Counted from the first letter of the whole stretch, positions 50,449 to 63,715 are shown. The stretch is 63,776 bases of DNA, filler included, from Octopus bimaculoides (GCF_001194135.2; 8 parts of 8 records of this genome joined end to end with filler, not necessarily neighbours in it); one strand, 5' to 3'. Notes: generated by a model from the letters alone, not told the origin. Made by a program: numbers and translations.

Positions 50449-50533
50449 GTAAATAACAAATGAAAAACAGAAGATGGATTATACGAAAATAATTCTCGTA
50501 TATTCCATCTTCTGCCTTTCATTTGTTATTTAC
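50449..50533 (-). repeat. AT-rich hairpin of about 38 bp with a 9-nt loop
   Basis: gtaaataacaaatgaaa..cagaagatgga.tatacga pairs with tcgtata.tccatcttctg..tttcatttgttatttac. Confidence 0.7.
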
Positions 50534-50604
50534 CAAACGATCATTCTGAAAGTGACCGTGCTTTACCAGTAAGCTACCAAGTGTAAACCATTCGTTTTAT
50601 TATC

Positions 50605-50639
<35 letters not shown>

Positions 50640-51112
50640 TCATAAATATACAGGGATTAGCAATTGAGTTGCTTCTCCAACATACTGAAAATTTAGAAAT
50701 AGCAGTCAAAGAACTACTGATTCCAAACTACAAATTTTTCTCTAAAGCGGATGGCGATATTTATGGCACACATAGAACAAAAAACGGAGGGAAAAGCGTA
50801 AACAAACCAAGCGAATCGTTTCATGGTTAAGTGAATGGAAATTTCACTATTCCAATCTTCAGCCCAAATATTCTGATAAATTTGAAAGTGTCTCTAAAAA
50901 AAATTCACGGTAATTTTTGGCCATGCGACACCAAAAATCAACGATAAGAAAGGCACTTACGAATTCATCGGCTAGTGAGTTCAGGCATCTCACCTCAAAG
51001 AATTACCGTGAANNNNNNNNNNNNNNNNNNNNNNNNNNNNNNNNNNNNNNNNNNNNTTAATTAATTAANNNNNNNNNNNNNNNNNNNNNNNNNNNNNNNN
51101 NNNNNNNNNNNN

Positions 51113-51146
<34 letters not shown>

Positions 51147-52009
51147 AATATTATGCAGGTGTGTTTGTATGCGTGTGTGTGAGTGTGTAATTTTTCTTTC
51201 TCTCTATCGAAAGGAAAGTAATGAATCGTCAAATTTGTCGTGTCTTCCCCGCAACAGCATACGAACTTATTCAAACTCACGAATTCTACTTTATTACATC
51301 AGCACGACAACTTCTCAAATTTCCGTCTTGCATACATGTTATGTCCTAAACGCTGGGATAACTTTTATTTTGTGTGTATGTGTTTTTGGCGTGCTTTTCA
51401 TACTCAAGTTACTATCTAGTGTGTTTAAGTATATGAATTTTTTAACATGTCATTATATATGCGTTATATATATTTTGTATAATCTTTTTATCTGATCTAT
51501 CTGTTATTTATATAAATTTTCCCATCCTTACACATCTTCTGAAGTTTATGTGTAAACCTTAAGTATTTCATTGAATGCGTAAACGATGCCATACTTATAA
51601 TTTTGTTGTTATGTTTTTTCACATTTTTGTTGATCATTTGCAAAATGGTAAATCGGTGGATAATATGTGAGATTTGGGTACGATCGTCCAACTTTTCAGA
51701 TCAAATTATTCTGTTGTTCTTAAAATATGGTTTCTAAGTTTGAGAGAAGTTCAGAGGTATTTATTTATCGACTCCGAAAAGATGAAGGATAAACTTGACC
51801 TTGGCAAAGTTTTAAACCTGAACACAAAGAGCCTTTGCGTTGTCCATTAATTAATAGAATTCATAGAATCAGGAGTAAACTAGTCTCTATTTAAGGGACT
51901 ATATGTCTCGCAAATGTTATAATCCCCATTTCTGGGCCACTCTTTCTACTATACGCGCCACTGCTGAAAATTTGAGTGAGGGGGATAGTCAATTATATTG
52001 AAAATAGTG

Positions 52010-52345
52010 TTCAAATGTACTCAAACATTTTAGGCCACCGCCCCCATAACCACATAATACCCTCAGCGCCCCACCCCTATTTTTATGTATGAAAAAATAT
52101 TTTATATTTATTAATTTATATATACTATGAATCATTTGATATTTAATATAATGTTATATACTTTGTATACAATACTATAATTATAATAATATAATAAATT
52201 CATAGCGTCGCCCAATTCATCGCCTTCCTCCCAACACCTCAATTTTCTCTACCGCCTCCCCAGCGCCTCACCAGCGACTCACCAGCGCCCACCTGGAACG
52301 TCTCAACGCCCACCGGGGGTGGTAGCGCCCACTTTTAGAAACTCT
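52010..52345. mobile_element. Possible hAT-type non-autonomous element
   Basis: Ends gcgcccacttttagaaactctg (hAT-like terminus). Internal cagcgcc repeats. Confidence 0.4.
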
Positions 52346-53099
52346 GTACAAGACCGTGAACAATGAAAGGGAAAATCGAGTACGGCAGTATTTGAACTTC
52401 ATCGTAAATCGGAACGCTGTCCATAAACTATGGAACTAATAATAATTTTAAGTGAATATTCGTTCTTGATTTTATAAGCCCTGTGTTAGATACATATACC
52501 AATTCTATTAGTAAATACATATTTTGTTTTTCATATCAAATTTTAATATGTTTCATGTTGTGTTGGTGCGAGAGGAAATATTGAAGAATAACAGCGTAAT
52601 AACTGAGATCGCTGTTGAATTACAAAGTGTCTACATGTGTCTGTCTGTAATTGATAAAACTGAATTGATAAAACTACATTTGAAATGATAATGTCAGATG
52701 ACATATATACAGGCACAATAATGAAATTATAACGCTATCTTCTCTAAATATATTGCAATTATTAACTTACAAAATTAAACTTGTGTGTCCATCTTTCAAT
52801 ATTTAATTATTGCTTAAAGATAAGTGTGCTTAACAAAAAGATTGTTTGCTAACCATATTGTTTCCTGTTTGGGCTCACAACATGAAACCTTGGTCAAATA
52901 TCTTCTGCTATGCCCCCTAGCTGATCAGTTTTGTTGATGAATTTGGTAGATGAAAACTGTGTATAATTTCTTTATATATGTGTGTATGTACGTGAGTGTG
53001 AGAGTGTGAGAGTATGTGCGTGAATACATATGCGTGTGTGTGTGAGAGAGATGTCTGTGTGTCCCTGTATGTATGCGTGAATACATATATGCGCGCGCA

Positions 53100-53156
<57 letters not shown>

Positions 53157-53259
53157 NNNNNNNNNNNNNNNNNNNNNNNNNNNNNNNNNNNNNNNNNNNN
53201 TTAATTAATTAANNNNNNNNNNNNNNNNNNNNNNNNNNNNNNNNNNNNNNNNNNNNAAA

Positions 53260-55380
53260 ACAGAAAAGGTGTAGTTACAAGTAAGATGACAATTATAAAA
53301 AAGAGAATGCAAAAGAAATATGTAAACTGGTTTCATTAACTGAATTAACTTAAAGATGGGATGATTTGTGCGTGAGGAAGACAGAGCGGGGAGGAGGATT
53401 ACTGCTTGGAAGGAGAACCCCCTTCCATTAAGACTTCAGGAAGAACAATTTCTGACATTTTCTCTCTCACTTCACTTAATTCAGGCTTTTTGGACACACC
53501 TTCTTCAATTTTTACACTTGCAGATCATTTCATTAGAAACATATCAACAGGAGTCTGCTTTTTCTTGCCTTTCAAAAAGTTATGAAAATGCACCAGTGTC
53601 ATTAAATAAAGCAGCTGCATGACCAGTAGCTACTTTCGCAGGATGTTATTTTTCTACAATTTCAGAAACATACTGCCACTTCACCAACACCGCCTTTATG
53701 TCACTTGTAGAGATAGCATTCTCTGCTACACTGTCCTCCTCCGGGGAACCAATCACTTCCTCTGCATCTAAATGCTGCTGCTCCTGAAGCTGAAGGAGTT
53801 CATCTGTCGGCAGCTTCTCTGAGTGTTCTTTGATGAGATCGTTAATGTCCCCATCATCAACCTTGAGGCCCATGGACACTATCTCCTTGACTACAAGTGT
53901 CTCAGACTCAAACCCCTCAAAGTCTCTTTCAGATATGCAGTTAGACCACAGTTTCCTCCATGCATTCTCCTCGTTACACCCTGCCTGGCTATATCGATGA
54001 TTTTCAGGTAGTTTACTATGTAATAGTGCTCCTTCCAAAATTCACGAAGGGTTAGATTTGTATTTTTGATGACTTCAAAGCACTGATAAAACAGGTGTTT
54101 GATGTACAATTTCTTAGAATTAGAAATCACTTGTTGGTCTAAGGACTGCAAAATAGGTGTGGTGTTGCATGAAAGGTACAAAACTTATAAATTTAAATTC
54201 ATCCAGGATATCATCTTTGCAGTTAGGAGGGTGAGCAGAAGGTACTTTTTTGCTGCTAGTTCAAAGACAAGATTGGCCCACTTGGAGAAGAATTACCAGG
54301 TGACCCAGGCTTTAATGTTTGACCTCCACCTGAGCTGCAGCTTCTCTTTCACGATTTTGTGTGACTTGAATGCTCATAAGTTTTCAGAATGGTAGTCAAG
54401 GAGCAGCTTAATCTTCAAGTCACACATAGGCACAAAGGGTGAGAGTTACCCTATCTTTCATAGGCTTGTGACCTGGAAATTTCTTCTCCTCTGCAGTTAT
54501 GGAGGTTCATATGGGCATTTTTTTCCAAAACAGACTAGTTTCATCACAGATGAATGCCTGTTGTGCAATGTACCCCTCAGTTGTGATGAGGTGATGGGAA
54601 TCATGCATGAAATCTTCAGTTGCCTTCGTTTCAAAATGTGCAGCTTCTCCATATCTAATGATGCTATGGACACCAGTCCTCTAATTGAAATTATCAAATC
54701 AGCCACAACTGGCTTTAAATGTGTCTGCTGATGTCTCCTCCATCGATATTCCAGGGTTATGCTTCAGGACATCCCCATACAGCGCTCATGCTTTCTTGCA
54801 GATGATGGTCTCCGTAATTGTATCCCCTGCAAATTGCTTCTTGATGATCCACAGGAGAAGCAACTTTTCCATCCTTTTGTGGACAGATGTACATTGCTTA
54901 GCGAGCCTGGAGACACCTTTTGCTGTTGTAATGGCCTTGATCTCATCCTTTTTCTTCAGGATGGTGCAGATCATCGACGTGCTTTGGTCGTATTGATGTG
55001 CATTGTCCACTACATGCATACCTCTTTCATGTTTATCAATGAATTCCTTTTTCCTTTCTATCGTAATCAGCTTTTTCTTCTCAGTACTGTCCTTTGCACT
55101 AACCTTCTTAGGATCCATGACTAACACAACTAATTATAAAATAATAGCAAAAATGCACAAAACTAAACAAAAAGATTGCGAAAAACACAATAGTTACAGT
55201 GAGATAAATACATGAACTGAGTGGGCGGAGACTGTGCTTGTTGGGAGAACATGTGCGAGCTTGGTGCTGACTAGCGGTTGCTTGCATGAAACTCGCTCGT
55301 ACTACAGATTTCCACTCATACTTCAAGACAAAAACTGGCATGAGCTGCGGCTCATACAGCAAACTGCTCGTACAATACTG
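53260..55380 (-). mobile_element. Decayed Tigger/pogo-family transposon
   Basis: CENP-B-like HTH ORF 54786-55127 (ITIERKKEFI...MEKLLLLWI). FKASCGWFDNF, DETSLFWKKMP and LQSLDQQVISN motifs. Many stops and frameshifts. Confidence 0.92.
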
Positions 55381-55394
55381 CACTCATACTTACA

Positions 55395-55510
55395 AAGGAT
55401 TTTGTCAGTCCTGGGCTATAATAAGAGACATTTTCTCAACATGCCACACAGTAGGACTGAACCCAAGAACATGTGGTTGAGAAGTAAATTTCTTAACCAC
55501 ACAGCCACGC
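55395..55510 (-). mobile_element. SINE family A head
   Basis: Reverse tRNA-like head. Confidence 0.75.
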
Positions 55511-55919
55511 TGTGTACAAAAAACAGAAAAATAATATTGCAGGAATATAATTTTCAATGAAAACTACAGACTTTTAAATCTAAAACAAGCAAATACAAAA
55601 ATGCCAAAACATTGCTTCCATATAGAATTAACTGATAAAATATATAAAAAAAGACCCCCCCGAAAAAATCTCAAAACTAAAAAAACATTTCTGCAATATA
55701 ATAATAACCGACTTCTATGATTTGGAAAATATATTTCACTTGCATAATTTGTATGAGCTTAACCACCATTATTTTTCAAAGTATACATTATTTAATGATG
55801 TGTCATAATCAGATATATTGGTTTGATATAATCATTGCTAATGAATTTACACTTTGGTTTCATGTAAGTTGCTAACCTTTGAATGTAGTGACTATATATG
55901 AAAAGAGAAGGCAAGGTAT

Positions 55920-56120
55920 ACGTACATACATACATACATGTGTGTGCTTGTATGTATACTTACACATACATATAGATGTGTATATGTATGTATACATAAG
56001 TATATATATATGTGTGTGTATTTATATATATGCATATATATGTATGTATATATGTGTTTGTATGTGTGTATATATATATATATATATGCATATGTATATA
56101 TAGGCATATATATACATGCA

Positions 56121-56158
<38 letters not shown>

Positions 56159-57087
56159 CATGCACATACCATCACACAGACATATATATGCTTATGCATG
56201 TATGTGAATTATATATATATATATGCACATACCATCAAATGTGAATAAGTTGATGTAGAAAAATACCATTTATTATTTTGTTTTATCGAAATAAGCTTAT
56301 CAGAAATACCTATCTACAATAAATAATAAAGACTCAAAGTTTGATGACTGAGAGAAAGTAACTGTGAGCATATGTGAATGTGTATGCGTGTGTAATAAGA
56401 AAGAGAGAGAGAGAGAGAACAGGAGGGGTTATTATAGGAAAATACAATAGTCAATAACTGGTGCCATTATGTGTTTGTGTGTATGACTGTGTATATAAAT
56501 ATATATTCGTGTTCATATGTGTTGAATGTCTTGATACATATATATTTATAGATCTATGACTACATTACTTTTACATAGGCTTATGTATATGTGTGTGTAT
56601 GCATATGTGTATGTATGTACTACGTATATATGCATGTTTGTATGTATGTACATATGGATATGTGTGTTTCTGTTTACATCTATATAAATGCATATATGTG
56701 TGTGTGTGTGTGTGCCTAAACACATGTAGATAACATATGTATATAACTATTTACATGAAAGTATACACATGCACACACACATAGACACATGCAAAATATA
56801 TATTGACATATTCAACCAAATTTATGTAGACACATTTGAATGAAGCTACATGTATATTAATATCTTGGGACATATATGAGTAAGTATATATACATACACA
56901 CACACACATATATAAATACATGCACACAAATATTTATGTATCTATATATATATAAAAATGAGAATGTGTGTCTGTCTGTCTGTCTGTNNNNNNNNNNNNN
57001 NNNNNNNNNNNNNNNNNNNNNNNNNNNNNNNTTAATTAATTAANNNNNNNNNNNNNNNNNNNNNNNNNNNNNNNNNNNNNNNNNNNN

Positions 57088-57142
<55 letters not shown>

Positions 57143-57735
57143 ATTATTTTTCATATTCACATACACACATAAATACATATACATCTTTTTTTTACTGTAT
57201 ACATGTATGTATGTATACATGGATGTGTGTATATTTACATGTATTTTTGTGTATCTATATGTATTTGTGTCTATGCATTTATGTGTATTATATACGTTTG
57301 TGCATATGTAAGTAAATGCATATATGTGTATGTATCCTCTGTACCAGCCAGCGTCTGCGGCTCGTTTCTCACTCACGTCACCGTTCTGTGATCTTTTTGT
57401 TTCTCAATATACTGAAAATCGTTCACCTTTTTACGATTATGTATGTATGTATGTATGTATGTATGTATGTATGTATGTATGTATGTACGTATGCATGTAT
57501 GTATGTATGTATGTATGTATGCGTGTATGCTTGTATGTATGTATGTATGTATGTATGTACGTATGTATGCGTGTATGCTTGTATGTATGTATGTATGTAT
57601 GTATGTATGCATGCGTGTATGTTTGTATGTATGTATGCATGCATGTTTGTATGTATGTATGCATGCGTGTATGTTTGTATGTATGCATGTATGTATGTAT
57701 GTATGTATGTATGTATGTATGTATTTATGTATGTA
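55920..57735. repeat. Degenerate (TA)/(TG)/(TATG)n microsatellite field
   Basis: Direct reading. Confidence 0.9.
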
Positions 57736-57814
57736 TCTTCTATTTTTTTAATTTTTTAACAAATCTTCCACTGAGGAGGGAGTCGGTTTCCAACAAGGCT
57801 CTGTAGTTAACACA

Positions 57815-58331
57815 AATTCACATTTGGAACTTGAAAAAAGTTTTGCATATTTTTACTGCTCCACTTACAGATAGCACTTGTAATGTACGAATTAGCCAGT
57901 CGATTTCTTTTTCTGAACATCCCAGTTTAACCAGATTCTCCTTTAAGCATTTACTAACAAAACCTAGTGCTCCAATTATTGGTATGAATATGAATTCATA
58001 GTCTGGATATAGAAGCTGGAGGTTTAGAAGCAGTTGTCCATAGACATCCTCTTTTTCTTTGATTTTCAAAAAGATATTTATATCTGCAGGGCAGCTGACC
58101 TCTATGATGGTACATACCTGTGCCCCTCCGTCCCAAACAACAATATCTGGCCTGTTATGTTTACATTTGACAGATATTTTGATAGGAGTATCCCACAAGT
58201 ATTCCTTGAGTTGATGTTTCTGAATGTATTCCATAACAGAGGGATTATCTAAGGCCAGTCTTTTTTGCGGATGACATTATAAATTGTTTTAGCAGCTAAC
58301 CACATGCGTGATGTCGGAAAGACTTCTGCCC
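57815..58331 (-). mobile_element. R4/Dong-like retrotransposon C-terminus with restriction-like endonuclease
   Basis: DITHVVSC zinc-knuckle remnant, then WDTPI...NRPDIVV...IIEVSCP..KIKEKEDVY (PD-(D/E)xK). ORF 57818-58234. Confidence 0.9.
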
Positions 58332-58477
58332 NNNNNNNNNNNNNNNNNNNNNNNNNNNNNNNNNNNNNNNNNNNNNNNNNNNNNNNNNNNNNNNNNNNNN
58401 NNNNNNNNNNNNNNNNNNNNNNNNNNNNNNNNNNNNNNNNNNNNNNNNNNNNNNNNNNNNNNNNNNNNNNNNNNNNN

Positions 58478-58554
<77 letters not shown>

Positions 58555-58574
58555 TACATATATGCATATATATA

Positions 58575-59330
58575 CATGGTAATCAGGCACAAGCCGTCAG
58601 TATTACAATAATGCATTAAGGAAAAATTGATTCTCGGAGAAGATCCAGTATAGTCAAGTTAATTCTAGCAATAATAGACCACGTAGAAGTAGAACTAGGA
58701 AAGCTTTGTGGTTTAACCCCGCGTTTAGTATTGCCGTAAAAATTAATATAGGTAGGGAATTCTTGAAATTAGTGTTTAAGCATTTCCATTCTAGCTATAA
58801 GTTCTATAGAATATTTAATAGGAGAACACTGAAGGTTAGCTATTCTTGATGCAAAAGCTCCGCCTCTTTTATTAAACAGCATAACACGAAAATTATTGCA
58901 GACAAATACAGTGCCGAATCTAATCTGAGGAACTGCAACTTCCGTTGGAAGGCAAATGTCTCGAAAACAGGATTGTTTAAAGAGCCAAAGTGTAAGTAGA
59001 TGGCTCACAAGAAAATAAAACATATACAGAGGCTTCGGAAAACTAATTCAAGATTAGATTCTATTCCCACCGAACTTCTTTCCGATTTCCTGAGAAGAGG
59101 ACAGCGAATAGTCTTGCAAAGCATGTCTGGGAATTGAAAGAGAATGACACCCATCCTTTCAATGTAACCTGGGGAATTTTAGAAAAAGCATCATCATAAA
59201 GACATGGAGCTTATAAAAGACTGATGAAATGTAATCTTTGCCTCTCAGAAAAGTTCTTTATTCTGTTCCAGGATAAAAATGCTTTGAACCAGAGACGCGA
59301 GCTCTTAAATTCTTGCAGGCGCCGACAAAA
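58575..59330 (+). mobile_element. Decayed Penelope-like element (RT thumb plus GIY-YIG endonuclease)
   Basis: LWFNPAFS..KINIGREFLKL..KHF, IFNRRTLKVSYS*, CN..PLEGKCL, FKIRFYSHRTSF, LAKHVWELK and KCNLCLSEK...LNQRRELLNSCR. Confidence 0.9.
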
Positions 59331-59581
59331 TACCGTATGGGTAAAATGTTTTGACTTTCGGAAAATTTTGACTCCCATTTGAGTTTGACTTAACACGTTA
59401 TAGTGATTTTGCATTGCAATGCTAGTGCATATTTCGACTTGACTTTTAAGAAAGCCTTCGACTGTTTTACAAATTTAAGCTTAAGCTTCGCCGAGGTTTA
59501 TTTTTATTGTTTACTCACGTATTTAACTAATTATGTTATATCAAATTAATGTGCAATTTCCTTATTTTTACATTTTTATAT

Positions 59582-59690
59582 TATACTAGCAGAAATACCC
59601 GGCTTTGCCCGGGTTAAAGAGAATAATGAAATCTAAAAACGCCGTCTAGACTACGCAACCCTCAACTGTTAGTAGCTACGATACCATATT
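59582..59690 (+). mobile_element. 5' end of a HINE/Helitron-like element
   Basis: TATACTAGCAG followed by the hairpin ACCCGGCTTTGCCCGGGT. Confidence 0.55.
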
Positions 59691-60060
59691 TCTACATTAA
59701 TAACTCTCCAATCCATGCCAGCATGGAACATAGACATTAAGTGGAATGCCAGTCTCTCATCTAGGAGGGCCTTGAAATCAATGTTACCAACTGGGGACTA
59801 TGTGTGTCGCAGTGATAATAAAAAGACCCAAAGGAGGTCTGCAACGAAATAATTTTACTCAACACTTTGCAAGTGAATCAGTGGAGGCAAAGATGCGTCT
59901 CATTTACTTGACAATTTATGCACCACATTGCAGAAATCACAATGTAAGTATATCTNNNNNNNNNNNNNNNNNNNNNNNNNNNNNNNNNNNNNNNNNNNNT
60001 TAATTAATTAANNNNNNNNNNNNNNNNNNNNNNNNNNNNNNNNNNNNNNNNNNNNATATA

Positions 60061-60345
60061 TGATAGACTCCTCCGTCGAAATCGATACATGAGCGTTCAG
60101 CTTTTGCCGAACGACTTGCACAAATGATTTGTTTATAGGGATCAAAGTTCGTGCTCAACCTTAGCTCACTCTCTCCATCAAATCGACCTTGTCTGAACAT
60201 AAACTCCGTGTACCACGCGTCAGGTGTCGAAGTGATCGGAGAGGAACGTATGATGGAATGTTTTGTTCAAGAACCCGGTCTAGGGATTGAAAGCACGATC
60301 GCTAGATCATGAGTGCAACACTCTAACCACTAGCTCATAAGCCCT
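60061..60345 (-). mobile_element. tRNA-derived SINE family F
   Basis: Reverse head agctagtggttagagtgttgcactcatgatc...tttcaatccc. Tail not matched to families A-E. Confidence 0.7.
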
Positions 60346-60369
60346 CATACACTCACACATACACACATG

Positions 60370-60403
<34 letters not shown>

Positions 60404-60632
60404 CACACACACACGCATATATATATATGGAGTGGTCTCAGTGTTAAAAAACGCGAAACCATTAAGATAACTCAGTAATTGGTTGACGAGGAAATCTGAC
60501 ATATGTATATGTATATATGCATGTATATATATTTTATATTATATATATATGTATATATATATATATGTATGTACGAATGTTTGTATGTATTTGTGTGTGT
60601 GTATATATGTATGCATCTACACACACATACAT

Positions 60633-60676
<44 letters not shown>

Positions 60677-61354
60677 GTAGGTAGGTAGGTAGGTCGGTAG
60701 GTAGGTAGGTATGTAGATAGATAGATAGAAATATNNNNNNNNNNNNNNNNNNNNNNNNNNNNNNNNNNNNNNNNNNNNNNNNNNNNNNNNNNNNNNNNNN
60801 NNNNNNNNNNNNNNNNNNNNNNNNNNNNNNNNNNNNNNNNNNNNNNNNNNNNNNNNNNNNNNNNNNNNNNNNNNNNNNNNNNNNNNNNNNNNNNNNNNNN
60901 NNNNNNNNNNNNNNNNNNNNNNNNNNNNNNNNNNNNNNNNNNNNNNNNNNNNNNNNNNNNNNNNNNNNNNNNNNNNNNNNNNNNNNNNNNNNNNNNNNNN
61001 NNNNNNNNNNNNNNNNNNNNNNNNNNNNNNNNNNNNNNNNNNNNNNNNNNNNNNNNNNNNNNNNNNNNNNNNNNNNNNNNNNNNNNNNNNNNNNNNNNNN
61101 NNNNNNNNNNNNNNNNNNNNNNNNNNNNNNNNNNNNNNNNNNNNNNNNNNNNNNNNNNNNNNNNNNNNNNNNNNNNNNNNNNNNNNNNNNNNNCAGACTC
61201 TGTTTTCTTAATTATAAGAGATTTGACTGGTTTCGTACACAATGGTATTGCATATATCTTGTCACGATATACATTTTTGTATAAACGGCGTTTGAAATTC
61301 CCCTCCCCGCTCGACTACCTCTGAATGTATGTATAGGAGTGTATCTACAAGTAT

Positions 61355-61409
<55 letters not shown>

Positions 61410-61712
61410 AGTGTGTGTGTGTATTCATATATGTATATACATTTGTATATAAACTTTATTTATGCTACAGTGCGTTTCCTGACAATGACTACACAATACT
61501 ATTGTATAAGAGGCAGCGATCAAATTATAGATGTACGTATATAAAGTCCTTCAGGACCATTTAAGGCGTACCTTTCTATGTGTGTGTGTGTGTATGTGTG
61601 TGTGTGTGTGTGTGTATGTGCGTGTATATGTGTGTTTGTGTATCATGTATGTTCACACACACAACATGCGTACACACATATACATGTATTAATGCAAATA
61701 TACGGCAAATGT

Positions 61713-61761
<49 letters not shown>

Positions 61762-62024
61762 TATATATATATATACATACATAGATATATACATGCATAC
61801 ATTCATAGTCGTATGCATAGGTATATAGATATGCATTCATACATTATACATCCATACTGATACATATATATATGTCAGGGGAGATTGCAGATAATATTTC
61901 TGAATCTCTTTGATTCTTTAGATGTGCTGGCCTCCTGATAATTAGTCGATATTAATTAATATATGACTAATTACCAGATTTTATAATAATATATATATGT
62001 CAGTATGGCTGTGTACATATATAT

Positions 62025-62164
62025 ATTTACATTTGACGGATATTTGTTCTCATCTTGTTTGTTGTTAGCACAATATTTCGGCTGATATATCCGCCAGCGT
62101 TCATCAGCCGAAACGTTGCGTTAACAACGAACATGATGAGGACAAATATCCGTCAAACGTAAAT
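62025..62164. repeat. Fold-back with 62-bp arms containing a hammerhead-like core (Penelope-type terminal repeat)
   Basis: Arms 62025-62086 and 62103-62164 with 8 mismatches. Minus strand reads CTGATGA-A-cgctg-N10-cagcc-GAAA. Confidence 0.7.
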
Positions 62165-62219
62165 AAAGTCAATAATGTACATAATGCACATAATTCCGCA
62201 TCTCTTAAATATAGAACCA

Positions 62220-62292
<73 letters not shown>

Positions 62293-62295
62293 CCT

Positions 62296-62448
62296 AAGAA
62301 CTGGGACGAGATCACCAGTAGAGTGATCAAACTCAGCCAAACATGGGCTGAGAGAAAGTTATCTCTAAAAGGCCGGGCGGAGGTGGCTAATGTGTATATC
62401 GCATCAGTCATCGATTACCGCCTGACCGTCGTGCCTTGTCCCGATGCC
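62296..62448 (+). mobile_element. Tx1/L1-clade LINE ORF2 fragment
   Basis: Open 51 codons KNWDEITSRVIKLSQTWAERKLSLKGRAEVANVYIASVIDYRLTVVPCPDA (W..R.LSL.GR motif). Cut off by a gap. Confidence 0.8.
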
Positions 62449-62666
62449 NNNNNNNNNNNNNNNNNNNNNNNNNNNNNNNNNNNNNNNNNNNNTTAATTAA
62501 TTAANNNNNNNNNNNNNNNNNNNNNNNNNNNNNNNNNNNNNNNNNNNNCTGAGGGAAAATCTCTGCACATGTTGTCACACTGCTAGATAAAGCAAGTGGA
62601 TTTCTCACATATCATCACATTCAAAGTCTGTAATTAGGAAACGCTTACTTACAAAATATAGTCCCA

Positions 62667-62696
<30 letters not shown>

Positions 62697-62698
<2 letters not shown>

Positions 62699-63715
62699 AC
62701 TAGCAGCTAAACCTAGTTTCACCCGGCCTGTTTGGATGATGTAGCTGTGATTGTTTTCGGTTAGGCATAATCTATAACAGCGTTTCTCAGCCTGATCATT
62801 TCATGTCCCGTTTCGATTGGAGCCTCCAGCTGTATGAAGATTTCACCCACTCCTGTCAGAAAATGGCTTCAGGAGTTGTGAAGAAAGAATTTGTACGTAG
62901 TCTGTTTGTGTGAGCTATTCTATTGGACGTCTGTCTAATCATTAAAAGATTTATTTAACTATGAACATAGAAAGAAATTATACATTAATCCCAATTTTTG
63001 TAAGCAGTTTTATCCATAAAAATTTTATTTGCAGAGAGCAGAAATTGAAAGATATATGAAATTGCCGTGCGTGTATGTGTGTGTGGGGGGATTTGTCCAT
63101 ATGTGAGAGAGAAAGAGGGTAAGAGAGAGAGATAGAGTGAGTGAGTTGAGTGAAGTTGTGTGTCATTGTCTTACGTTGGCTGGCACGGCAAGTACGAATC
63201 TTTTGAGGCGGCAACCTTTTGAAGTGGGCGTCGAATGAAGAAACATGGAGAGTTTTATAACTGAACTTCTTTTGAAGTTGTGGTGAGAGGGCAGAATTGA
63301 TGTGTGTGCATATGTCTGTGTGTTTGTGAGTGTGTATGTTTGATAGGGTGTGTGCGACAGAGAGAGTAATGTTGATGGTGTATGTGTATATGAGAGAGAG
63401 AGAGAGAGAAAGAAAGAAAGAGAGAGAGATAAATGAAATTTATCATTCAGTTTATTTATTTATTATATGTATATATGTATGAATGGCTTCAGTGACACAC
63501 ACTCATATCCACACAAGCATGCACGCATGCAGGTTGTTTTAATCGATTTTCTCTGTAAGTATGGGGCTAGAAAAAAAATAGAAAGCGCATTCCAATCTAT
63601 GCACCCGTCTCCACATATGTGCCATTTTTCATGTGAATCCACACAGCCGTTTGGCCGTGAACCTCAAGACAAGAAAGAATACAATGGTCGGCCAACTTCA
63701 ATTTATATTATAGAT
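62697..63715 (+). mobile_element. HINE/Helitron-like element
   Basis: 5' TAACTAGC with a subterminal hairpin-like motif. 3' ...cagccgtttggccgtg...tttatattatagat. Internal microsatellites. Confidence 0.55.

Noticed and set aside
50904-51012. 12-bp inverted repeat TTCACGGTAATT around ~85 bp as a MITE
   Set aside because: The right end abuts a gap, so the TSD cannot be assessed. Single copy in the window.
29345-58331. R4-like RT (29-30 kb) and RLE (58 kb) fragments as one split element
   Set aside because: On the minus strand the RLE piece lies upstream of the RT piece, the wrong order, and they are 27 kb apart.
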